From: Octopus sinensis
Lineage: Eukaryota
DNA: 17,232 nucleotides
Assembly: GCF_006345805.1 (NCBI RefSeq)
Contig: NW_021824803.1
Location: forward strand, 1 to 17,232
Direction of reading: 5' to 3'
Below are positions 1-9,189 of the stretch, piece after piece. Made by a program: the position numbers and the translations under genes. The notes beneath the pieces are model-generated. The model saw nothing but the letters and a program-made list of their open reading frames with translations. It was not told where the DNA came from and did no database searches. Each line of letters begins with the position of its first letter. Positions within the stretch are counted from its first letter, which is position 1.

Positions 1-129
1 AGATACCCTTTCCCTCCACCCCTAACCCTAAAAGAGATTGAAATACAATAGATCGATTCTAGGGTCATAATGTGTGACAATTTCATATGACACCGCTAGA
101 AAAAACTGCCGTTCAAACCGAAAAGATCC
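1..129 (+). mobile_element. Right end of MITE family M (copy 1, cut by the window edge)
   Basis: Ends in CTGCCGTTCAAACCGAAAAGATCC (106-129), identical to the right TIR at 2287-2310; the body matches 2133-2310. Confidence 0.9.
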
Positions 130-191
130 GAAAACAGTATTAACCTTTTTACCAGGTTGTAATTATTTAATTATTCATACATATTTTAAAT

Positions 192-916
192 CAATAGTTC
201 TCAACCGGGTCCATTTAAGATTCTGGGGGCGGGGGGCACGTAGCAAAATAGTAAATTGGGGAACCACAATATTTTAAGGACCCCTGAAAAGCTTTCACTT
301 TAGATGTATGTATTGGTATGTATTGTAAGAAACGGGTTTCTTTCTTTAACATTTTACATAGTTCAATGGAGTCGCAATGGGCCAGTGGTTAGGGCAGCGG
401 ACTCGCGGTCATAGGATCGCGGTTTCGATTCCCAGACCGGGCGTTGTGAGTGTTTATTGAGCGAAAACATCTAAAGCTCCACGAGGCTCCGGCAGGGGAT
501 GGTGGTGATCCCTGCTGTACTCTTTCACCATAACTTTCTCTAACTCTTACTTCCTGTTTCTGTTGTACCTGTATTTCAAAGGGCCGGCCTTGTCACTCTC
601 TATGTCACGCTGAATATCCCCGAGAACTACGTTAAGGGTACGTGTGTCTGTGGAGTGCTCAGTCACTTACACGTTAATTTCACGAGCATGCTGTTCCGTT
701 GATTCGGATCAACCGGAACCCTCGTCGTCGTAACCGATGGAGTGCTTCCATCCATATAGTTCAACCCACGCGAGTTAATGTGTGAAAAACAAAATAGGAA
801 TTTTGAAAGCAGAGTCTATAAAATTCGTTTAAAAAACATCGAATGGTTATGAGGGTCCACCAGAAAAGAATAGTAATCAAAGGGGTCCATGGATGAAAAA
901 TAGTTGAGAACCCTTG
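192..916 (+). mobile_element. Old hAT/Charlie-like non-autonomous element, interrupted by a SINE at 367-755
   Basis: Termini CAATAGTTCTCAACC (192) and AGTTGAGAACCCTTG (902-916) are imperfect inverted repeats resembling the Charlie-type CAGTGGTTCTCAACC TIR. The TSD is not clearly preserved. A related left end, CAGTGGTTTTCAACC, occurs at 13688. Confidence 0.65.
367..755 (+). mobile_element. tRNA-derived SINE family A, tail type 1 (resembles octopus OR-type SINEs)
   Basis: tRNA-like head with A-box-like TGGGCCAGTGG and B-box-like GTTTCGATTCC. 9-bp TSD ATAGTTCAA at 358-366 and 756-764. Near-identical to 2502-2887 and 11867-12244. Confidence 0.9.
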
Positions 917-939
917 ATCTCGATCTTATACACAACCAA

Positions 940-1344
940 TACTCTTTTTACTCTTGTACTTGTTTCAGTCATTTGACTGCGGCCATGCTGGAGCACCGCC
1001 TTTAGTCGAGCAAATCGACTCCGGGACTTATTCTTTGTAAGACCAGTGCTTATTCTATCGGTCTGTTTTGCCGAACCGCTAAGTGACGGGGACGTAAACA
1101 CACCAGCATCGGTTGTCAAGCAATGCTAGGGGGACAAACAAACACACGCACACACATATATATATATATATTCATATATACGACAGGCTTCTTTCAGTTT
1201 CCGTCTACCAAATCCACTCACAGGGCATTGGTCGGCCCGAGGCTATAGCAGAAGACACTTGCCCAAGATGTCACGCAGTGGGACTGAACCCGGAACCATG
1301 TGGTTGGTAAGCAAGCTACTTACCACACAGCTACTCCTGCGCCT
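940..1344 (-). mobile_element. tRNA-derived SINE family B with central microsatellite
   Basis: On the minus strand: tRNA-like head (GGTTCAGTCCC B-box-like), CORE-like CTTGGGCAAGTG, internal (TA)/(TG) tract, and a 3' stem-loop CAGTCA-AA-TGACTG with short repeat tail. Matches 10790-11175. Confidence 0.9.
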
Positions 1345-1565
1345 AGTCATATTTTCCACTTCTACATACACACACACCAAATGGTTCCCTCGTAGCTGTG
1401 CTGTAGTCGATTACGGCCTACGGCGTTCGAGGAGATAACTCTGTTATAGGATAAATGGATTTTACCAAATAACAAAAACTCCTGCAAGATCATAAAGGAT
1501 ACTTCACGAAACTGCATAATCCGAAAATGCCTTTATCATTCAAACTGCAGCCGATTGTTTTAGTT

Positions 1566-2310
1566 GGATCTTTTCGGTTTGAACGGCAGCTTTTTAACAT
1601 AATTTCTAGGTAACTAAAAAATTTTAAATTTCGTATACTGGTAGAATGTGTTTATAAAACATCTTTTTCTCTTGGCTTTATTGAGAAAATTCTAGAGTTT
1701 GTAAGATATTTGTTGTTTTTTTTTCTTCAGTTTCTGCAATTTCAACCAATCACTGACGTATATTGAGTTAAAAAGCATTCTGTGCCGTATGAATATGTCC
1801 CTCGTTTAAGAAACAGATTGGGTTTATTTACATTTGTGAAGAAAAAAAGATGCCCTTCTCCCCACCCCTAACCCTAACCCTAACCCTAACTAACCCTAGA
1901 TAATCCTAACTAACCCTAACCCTAAAAGAGATTTTTATAAAACATCTTTTTCTCTTGGCTTTATTGAGAAAATTCTAGAGTTTGTAAGATATTTGTTGTT
2001 TTTTTTTCTTCAATTTCTGCAATTTCAACCAATCACTGACGTATATTGAGTTAAAAAGCATTCAGTGCCGTATGAATATGTCCCTCGTTTAAGAAACAGA
2101 TTGGGTTTATTTACATTTGTGAAGAAAAAAAAGATACCCTTCCCCCCACCCCTAACCCTAACCCTAACCCTAACTAACCCTAACTAATCCTAACTAACCC
2201 TAACCCTAAAAGAGATTGAAATGCAATAAATCGATACTAGGGTCATAATTATGGATGACAATTTCATATGACACCGCTAGAAGAAACTGCCGTTCAAACC
2301 GAAAAGATCC
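1566..2310 (+). mobile_element. Complete MITE family M with internal tandem duplication
   Basis: Perfect 24-bp TIRs GGATCTTTTCGGTTTGAACGGCAG (1566-1589 and 2287-2310). 8-bp TSD TTTTAGTT (1558-1565 and 2311-2318). No ORF. Confidence 0.95.
1866..1925 (+). repeat. Imperfect telomere-like (CCCTAA)n tract inside MITE M
   Basis: CCCTAA units mixed with CTAA variants; duplicated at about 2149-2208. Confidence 0.9.
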
Positions 2311-2501
2311 TTTTAGTTTCCTGTCAAACAGATTTCTATTAACAGTGCAGAATCCTCCTTCGCCGCTTCTCAACCTCACTGAATGCAAATATTAAAGAAA
2401 TTAATGGAAAGAATAAGCCTGATGATTGCGCGAAGGCACCAGACGTTTTATAAAATGCTGTCTGAATTGTTTTTTATCGCGTAAAACTATTAGTAGATCA
2501 T

Positions 2502-2887
2502 GTGGAGGCGCAATGGCCCAGTGGTTAGGGCAGCAGGAATCGCGGTTTCGATTCCCAGACCGGGCGTTGTGAGTGTTTTTTGAGCGAAAACATCTAAAGC
2601 TCCACGAGGCGCCGGCAGGGGATGGTGGTGATCCCTGCTGTACTTTTCTCTTCACCACAAACTTTTTCTCTCACTCTTACTTCCTGTTTTTGTTGTACCT
2701 GCTTTTCAAGGGCCGGCCTTGTCACTCTCTGTGTCACGCTGATATCCCCGAAACTACGTTAAGGGTACACGTGTCTGTGGAGTGCTCAGCCACTTACACG
2801 TTAATTTCACGAGCAGGCTGTTCCGTTGATTCGGATCAACCAGAACCCTCGTCGTCGTAACCTCGTCGACGGAGTGCTTCCCCCTCC
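2502..2887 (+). mobile_element. SINE family A, tail type 1
   Basis: Matches 367-755 with a small deletion in the head. TSD TAGTAGATCAT/TAGTAGGTCAT at 2491-2501 and 2888-2898. Confidence 0.9.
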
Positions 2888-2926
2888 TAGTAGGTCATAA
2901 AAATATACGACCCGTTTATTGAATAA

Positions 2927-4028
2927 CTAGCTGAGGTACTCGGTAAAAAAATTACCGTTAATAAGATGTTTGTTTATCGGCATGAAACATTTTTCGGCAA
3001 ATTTCGATATTTTTCAAAAATTTAAAATCCATATTAATGGGTAAAACCAATTTGACGAAAAAATGAGCGGAATCTGGTAACGAACCGTGTTGTCGTCATT
3101 TTTGTAACACGTGCGTAAAATGGCGAAATTTTACGCTTTGGGGCAGATTTTGTCAAATTGATGTCACTACGGCTAGTGTGTAAAATGCATAAATTTTGCT
3201 TGTGAAATAGAATGCTTTTACCTAATCAAAACCTGAAACGCCGGGAAATTCAAACAACGAATTGAAATAACAAGTTTTAGCAGATCAAAACAATTCGCAT
3301 TGGAATGAAGAATTAGCAAATACTAAATAGATTACCGTTAATAAGATGGCTGTCTATACACATGAAACATATATCGTCAAATTTCGTGAAATTGATATCA
3401 CGATGGCTAGTGCGAAAAATGCCGAAAGGATCTTTTCGGTTTGAACGGCAGCTTTTAACATAATTTCTAGGTAACTAAAAAAATTTAAACTTCGTATACT
3501 GGTAGAATGTGTTTATAAAACATCATTTTCTCTTGGCTTTATTGAGAAAATTCTATGGTTTGTAAGATATTTGTTGTTTTTTTTTCTTCGATTTCTGCAA
3601 TTTCAACCAATCACTGACGTCTATTGAGGTAAAAAAAACATTCTGTGCCGTATGAATATGTCCCTCGTTTAAGAAACAGATTGGGTTTATTTACATTTCT
3701 GAAGAAAAAAAGATACCCTTCCTCCTAACAGATTGAAATGCAATAGATCGATACTAGGGTCATAATTATGGGTGACGATTTATATGACACCGCTAGAAAA
3801 AACTGCCCCGAAATTTTACGATTTTTGAAAAATCGATGCTGAGGAAAAATCATTTTTTTAAAAATTCCACGTAAGTAACCGCGTGGGCATAAGCCCCCCC
3901 CCCACACACACACACACATACACACACAAACACATCGTTTCAAGTTTCATCAAGGTCTGTCGGATAGTCTTTGAGGAGTTAAAGTAACAAATTCACAAAC
4001 ACACAAACTTGCCATTTATTATAATAGA
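2927..4028 (-). mobile_element. Non-autonomous Helitron containing a nested MITE M
   Basis: Minus strand starts A|TC at 4029/4028 and ends CTAG|T at 2927/2926. Subterminal hairpin CGGTAA-AAAAA-TTACCG at 2941-2957, 10 nt from the CTAG. No TSD. Internal diverged repeats (2951-3006 vs 3331-3386). Confidence 0.8.
3428..3807 (+). mobile_element. MITE family M (copy 3), right TIR mostly deleted
   Basis: Left TIR intact at 3428 and body collinear with 1566-2310 without the duplication. Ends at CTGCC, after which host sequence CCGAAATTTTACG resumes. Confidence 0.9.
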
Positions 4029-4170
4029 TATTTATCTCTCACCAGAAGGTGAACTTTTTTTTTTTGTTGATCTTACCTTCACATAACAGTATACTATAAT
4101 ATGAGTGTGTGTATATGTATGTGTGTATGTGTGTGTGTATGTATGTATGTATGTATGTATTTTTTTTTCT

Positions 4171-4300
4171 TTCTAGTTTCAGCTCAGAGCTGCGGCCATG
4201 CTGATGCACCGCCGCTAAAAAACAAATTGATTTCGCTAAGAAATGGAATCGAAACCGTGTCTTTGTGGTTTCGAAGCAATAGTTTTAACCATTCGGCCAT
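4171..4300 (-). mobile_element. Short SINE-like remnant (tRNA-like head next to a family-B-like tail)
   Basis: 4242-4300 reverse-complements to ATGGCCGAATGGTTAAAA...GGTTTCGATTCC. 4171-4213 resembles the family B tail (CTGCGGCCATGCTGATGCACCGCC). Confidence 0.55.
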
Positions 4301-4309
4301 ACTACGCTC

Positions 4310-4340
<31 letters not shown>

Positions 4341-4663
4341 TGTATGTATAAACGCTACTCCACTGGAGTAGAGCTTATAGAGCCATCATGGGAGGTGTCC
4401 AAATATTGGTAGAAATCCTTTTGTCAAAGAACCGAGAGATTCTGAAGATTTACTCTCTTATGTCACTCATCGGCGTGCTTTTGCACTTGAGAAATCTGGT
4501 GAAAGCGATGCTGTTACGTTTGACATCAGCAAAGCATTCCAACTATGTCTGGCATCCATATCTCCTTTGCTAAACTGCCTGTTACTGCATTCCACGTCTC
4601 CCAGCTCTTGGATCAGTGGCTTCCTGTCAGACCGTACCATCACATGTGCTGATGGACCCACCC

Positions 4664-4699
<36 letters not shown>

Positions 4700-4719
4700 C
4701 TCTCTCTAATCTATCTATA

Positions 4720-4762
<43 letters not shown>

Positions 4763-4820
4763 ATTATATATCTATCTATCTATATCTCTCTACTCTCTCT
4801 CTCTCTCTCTAATCTCTATA

Positions 4821-4854
<34 letters not shown>

Positions 4855-5130
4855 CACTATCTCTGTCTCTCTTGCCCTCTCTTTCTTTCTTTCTTTCTCT
4901 CTCTCTCTCTCTCCCTCTCTCTCTCTCTATCTATCTATATATCTATATATATATATATATCACTGTCTCTGTCTCTCTTGCCCTCTCTTTTTTCTTTCTT
5001 TCTCTCTCTCTCTCTCTCTCTCTCTCCTTTGTCAATTTGCCTATATCACTGTATATTTTTGCCTTTTTCTCCTTCCTTATCCCCCCACGTCTTTCCCTCT
5101 CCCTTTCCTCCCCCCTCTCTCTCTCTCACT
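4664..5130. repeat. Compound microsatellite (CT)n/(TATC)n/(TA)n/(CTTT)n
   Basis: Read directly; contains a ~106-bp higher-order duplication. Confidence 0.95.
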
Positions 5131-5447
5131 CGTATCAACTCTGATTTAGCCCAAATTTCGGTTTTATTCCCCAGCTGATAGCAAGCAAATCGTTGATGTA
5201 GAGCCCTACATCAACGGTTTACTCGCTACCACCTACACACCAACACTCATTCCTACGCAGATGACAGACACTATACTTCACTTTCCCCTAACTCTCCCAC
5301 ATTAGTTCCATTCATACACAATTTAGACATCTCAAACGCACCCTGCCCAAACTGCATAAACAAACCCCAACGGATCCTTCAACGGGATCATGTCAATTTC
5401 GTTTCCTTCAAAAACACAAAAACAATACCTACACATATCAAGAAAAC

Positions 5448-5842
5448 AATCGTTAGCACACCAGGAAAATTCCTTAGCGCCATTTCGTCCATCTTTACGT
5501 CCTGAGTTCAAATTCCATCGAGGTTCACTTTGCCTTTCATACTTCCGGGGTCGATTAAATAAGTACCAGTTACGCACTGGGGTCGATATAATCGACTTAA
5601 TTCGTTTGTCTGTCCTTGTTTGTCCTCTCTGTGTTTAGCCCCTTCTGGGTAATAAAGAAATAGGTATTTCGTCTGCCGTTACGTCCTGAGTTCAAATGCC
5701 ACTGGGGTCAATTCTGCCTTTCATCCTTTCGGGGTCAATAAAATTAATAGAAGCCGAGCACTGGGGTCGATCTAATCGACTTAGCCCCCCCCCCCCCCCC
5801 CAGCCCGCCGAAATTGCTGACCTTGTGTCAAAATCTGAAACC
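5448..5842 (+). mobile_element. SINE family C, two tandem units with different tails
   Basis: The shared body (CTGAGTTCAAAT...GCCTTTCAT...GGGGTCGAT..AATCGACTTA) occurs twice, at ~5481-5599 and ~5665-5783. The first tail is also present reversed at 17168-17232. Confidence 0.8.
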
Positions 5843-6365
5843 GATAATAATTACTAAGTCTACACAAAGTTCGAGTGAAACTTATAGCAGAGTGCAATTC
5901 CCAGGATTCTGGTACGGTGCTGCTACACATACTTGACTGAATACCTGGTCACCTAAAAGCCGTTCAACTGGTCGGCTTGAAATAATTTACCAACGCTCTC
6001 CAGCCTCTGAACGACAGAATGTGCTGACCCCTCACTCTGCTTTTCCTAGCACTAACACACTATAGTGTGGCATCAATTCCTCGGAGCTGGTTGGTCTCGA
6101 ACCACCTTACCATATGGTTGCATCATCCATCTTTACTGTTTCTGTTACCCATATTCTTTCTCTTCCAGGCTCGCCACTTGACTCTTATCCCAGCGCTGCT
6201 CTTGTAAAATGTTCTGGGAATTTCCTTGCTGTCCATATTTTTTGTTGCCACTTTTCAAGTGGAATACCGACCGTGTCGACCTCGTCGGTCTCGGAGATAG
6301 GAGTTGGGAAGGAGAGGACAGCGAAGGTTATGGTGGCAGACCTATTCCCTTAGACTAAACCACTG

Positions 6366-6487
6366 GAAAAAAAAGAAGAAAAAAAACAGAAAAAAGAAGA
6401 AAAACAGAAAAATAAGAAAAAACGGAAAAAAGAAGAAAAACAGGAAAAAGAAGAAAAAACAGAAAAAAGAAGAAAAACAGAAAAAAA
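6366..6487. repeat. A-rich minisatellite, ~18-19-bp unit (AAAAACAGAAAAAAGAAG), about 6 copies
   Basis: Read directly from the sequence. Confidence 0.85.
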
Positions 6488-7178
6488 GGTCATTTGCTAA
6501 CAATTATGTTTAAAGAGAAATTCTATAAACTGTTTTGTTTATTTTCTTCTCAATTTCGTTCATTTGACATTCTAAATCAATATGTTTACAGATTTACGCC
6601 ATCACAGACAACTCCATCCACCCTCTAGCCTGCTTAAAGAAGTGTGTGATCGCTGACAGTATGTGCATGATTATGTTTGTGTACGGTGGTGGGTGATGAC
6701 GGGTGTAACCTTGACTGAATGAAGACAAGATGTTTATTTAGTGTATCCCCTTGACCTCAATGTAAAAACTCCATTGTTTACTGAGAGAATTAGACAGACT
6801 CGCTCAGACTACATACGTCAAGCGATCTCTACCAGACGTTTGATAGACAGAAGCTAACAATACAAAAAAGACAGTTAGCTAGACAGTTGGCAGGTGGACA
6901 TACAGATAACTAATCATCTTTCTAGATCTAATCGGATGCACGAGCAGACAATTACCCCACATCCTATAAATAAATAATATTCATTTAAAAACAAAATTTA
7001 AGGAATACGATGACTGTAAAGCACTTGAGTCGAAAGACTTGTCCAAAGAAAAAAATGCGGAGTTTTCAGGGTTTTTACCAAGGCACAGCTGTCAGTTCTT
7101 CTCACAACTTGGGCAAAAACGAAAATGGATTGATGAGTGACTATGTTGTCGCTTAACCTGTTAGATGTATCAGCCAAG

Positions 7179-7312
7179 CAGTGGCCTGACGTGCGATGTT
7201 TAGTGTGCGCGGACTGCACGGAACAGCCACTTTACATAAGAATGTTTGCTATAGCCGAAGAGATGTTACGCTTAAAGGAAGGGGGCGGTCAAAATCCACG
7301 ATGCAAGTGCAC
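7179..7312 (+). mobile_element. Possible old hAT-like MITE
   Basis: Starts CAGTGGCCTGACGTG and is flanked by 8-bp near-direct repeats CAGCCAAG (7171-7178) and CAGCCAAA (7313-7320). The right TIR is degenerate. Confidence 0.4.
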
Positions 7313-7369
7313 CAGCCAAATCTCCCTACCATCTTAAATAGTGAAAGGACACTTTAGGTCATGTAGCCA

Positions 7370-7395
7370 TGTGTGTGTGTGCATGCATGTATATT

Positions 7396-7427
<32 letters not shown>

Positions 7428-7506
7428 TGTATGTATGTATGTATGTTTGTGTGTGCATATATATATATATATATAATATATATATATATTGTGTGTGGTG
7501 TGTGTG
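7370..7506. repeat. Compound microsatellite (TG)/(TATG)/(TA)
   Basis: Read directly from the sequence. Confidence 0.95.
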
Positions 7507-7800
7507 TGGAGGTGCAATGGCCTTGTGGGTTAGGGTAAAGCGACTCGCGGTTTCGATTCCCAGACCGGGCGTTGTGAGTGTTTATTGAGCGAAAACACTA
7601 AAAGCTCACGAGGCTCCGGCAGGGGGTGGTGATCCCTGCTGTACTCTTTCCCCACTCTTTCCTCCCACTCTTTCTTCTGTTGGCCTGCTCGCTTAGCCAG
7701 CGGGTGTGGCGTCATTCGAAGGCTTAAAAAACTTGCGAACACATTGTGACCAGCGATGTGTAAGTACATCTGATGGACTGGTCGGTCACGTGATGATGAT
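7507..7800 (+). mobile_element. SINE family A, tail type 2
   Basis: Head and core match family A up to ~7670, followed by an unrelated tail ending in (TGA)n. Confidence 0.85.
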
Positions 7801-7851
7801 GGTGAGATATATATATATATATACTTTAATTAAAAGCAGCAGAAATTCAAC

Positions 7852-7898
7852 AAAACCTGTTACTCGGAGTTTCATGTTCCCGTTCGTCGGACGGTTTT
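7852..7898 (-). ncRNA. Variant minimal type I hammerhead ribozyme motif (Penelope-like end)
   Basis: Minus strand reads AAAACCGT-CCGACGA-ACGGGAACAT-GAA-ACTCCGAGT-A-ACAGGTTTT. The core has U4C, stem II has one mismatch, and the triplet is GUA. Confidence 0.55.
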
Positions 7899-8107
7899 TG
7901 TTAAAATAGAACCGATATGCCAATTCTATCAAGACTAGTATAAACGTTACACCTTTAAAAATGGACTTGTTTGATTGGTCCTTTCAAATAACGGTCATAT
8001 TCGACCGAGCTCAATATAAAATATAAAAAATATATAAAATTATAAAAGTCGAAGAAAAAACCTTACATCGAATCTTTGGTTAAAATACATATTGTCATTA
8101 ATAAAGA

Positions 8108-8336
8108 AAACGGGGGACATATTCATACGGCACAGAATGTTTTCACCTCAATAGATGTCATTGATTGGTTGTAATTGAAGAAAAAAACAACAAATATCTT
8201 ACAAACTATAGAATTTTCTCAATAAAGCCAAGAGAAAAAGATGTTTTATAAACACATTCTACCAGTATAGGAAGTTTAAAATTTTTTAGTTACCAAGAAA
8301 TTATGTTAAAAATGCCCGTTCAAACCGAAAAGATCC
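8108..8336 (-). mobile_element. MITE family M (copy 4), left part only
   Basis: Reverse complement of ~1566-1808, with the TIR ending at 8336. Confidence 0.85.
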
Positions 8337-9041
8337 ATATATATATCTATATCTATCTATATATAATATATATAATATATAATATATATATATATATATA
8401 ATATATATAATATATATATATATAATATATATATTATATATTGTTGCCTCTAGGGAGAGATCATTTTGTTTTAATGCCATATTTATTAACACACTCGCCG
8501 GTTTAATTTATACTCGGTTATTTATTTAGTTTTCTAAACTTTTCTTGCAACCTCTTCAATAGTTTTGTTGACTGTCCGTCATTGGAGCTGCGTCCTTTTT
8601 GTTTGTTTGTGCGCAATGTATGTGCATCAGTGTGCATGTGCACGCTTGTATGTATGTATGGTATGCATGTATGTATGTATGTTATGTAATGTTATATATG
8701 TATATATATATATAATATATATATACCATATATATATATTATATATATATATATATATAATATTATATATATATATATATAATATATATGCATATATATA
8801 TATATATGCAAATATATATATATATGCGCACATACACGCACGCACACACACACACACAACACACACACACACACCACACACATATATATGATTAATCAGC
8901 CGAAATTACTACGATGATCCGGTTCTTGACTGAAGACTGAGGGTTTCGAATGTCCTGTCCGTGTTTATTGTATCGTCTTCTAAGAGTTATACGTTCTTGT
9001 CCATGTTGTATTTTTCTACATACCTTAATATATATATATAT

Positions 9042-9084
<43 letters not shown>

Positions 9085-9103
9085 TAGTAGTAGTAGTAGT
9101 AGT
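8337..9103. repeat. Microsatellite-rich block, (TA)/(TATG)/(CA)/(TG)/(GTA), with short complex inserts at 8441-8583 and 8890-9027
   Basis: Read directly from the sequence. Confidence 0.9.
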
Positions 9104-9189
9104 TGTAATAATTGCAACCCCCTCTGCTACTATTATAATTCTTTCATTTGTCGGCCATATTTGTATATCATCCTCGTCACATATGTTGC

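Larger units (their letters stand above)
4420..6260 (+). pseudogene. Decayed non-LTR retrotransposon ORF2 reverse transcriptase (CR1/L2/Jockey group), fragmented
   Basis: Frameshifted translations in canonical RT order: DLLSYVTH..ALEKSGES, DISKAF (4522-4539), VWH, SWISGFLSDRTI, INSDLAQISVLFP (from 5134, degenerate PQGS motif), HSYADD (YADD at 5254-5265), KTQ..YLHISRK, then after the SINE KAVQLVG..NALQPL and SSEL. Confidence 0.8.

Noticed and set aside
367-445. tRNA gene
   Set aside because: It is a SINE head without a proper acceptor stem, continues into a SINE body and is bounded by a TSD.
1866-2208. True telomere or chromosome fusion scar
   Set aside because: The tracts are short, imperfect, in one orientation and internal to a MITE.
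4567-5178. Long overlapping ORFs, up to 177 aa
   Set aside because: Mostly translations of CT/TA microsatellites; only short flanks are RT remnant.
6304-6513. Lys-rich, protamine-like ORF
   Set aside because: It is the translation of the A-rich minisatellite.
7137-7337. ORF resembling a LIM domain (LLDVSAKQWPDVRCLVCADC..QPL, then CYSR in another frame)
   Set aside because: It lacks the first CxxC, the His and the final Cys pair. The match straddles the edge of an apparent insertion flanked by CAGCCAA(G/A) repeats, so it is probably coincidental; an HMMER LIM search would settle it.
8930-8955. CTGAAGA as a hammerhead core
   Set aside because: It is followed by GAAT rather than GAAA and has no pairing stem II.
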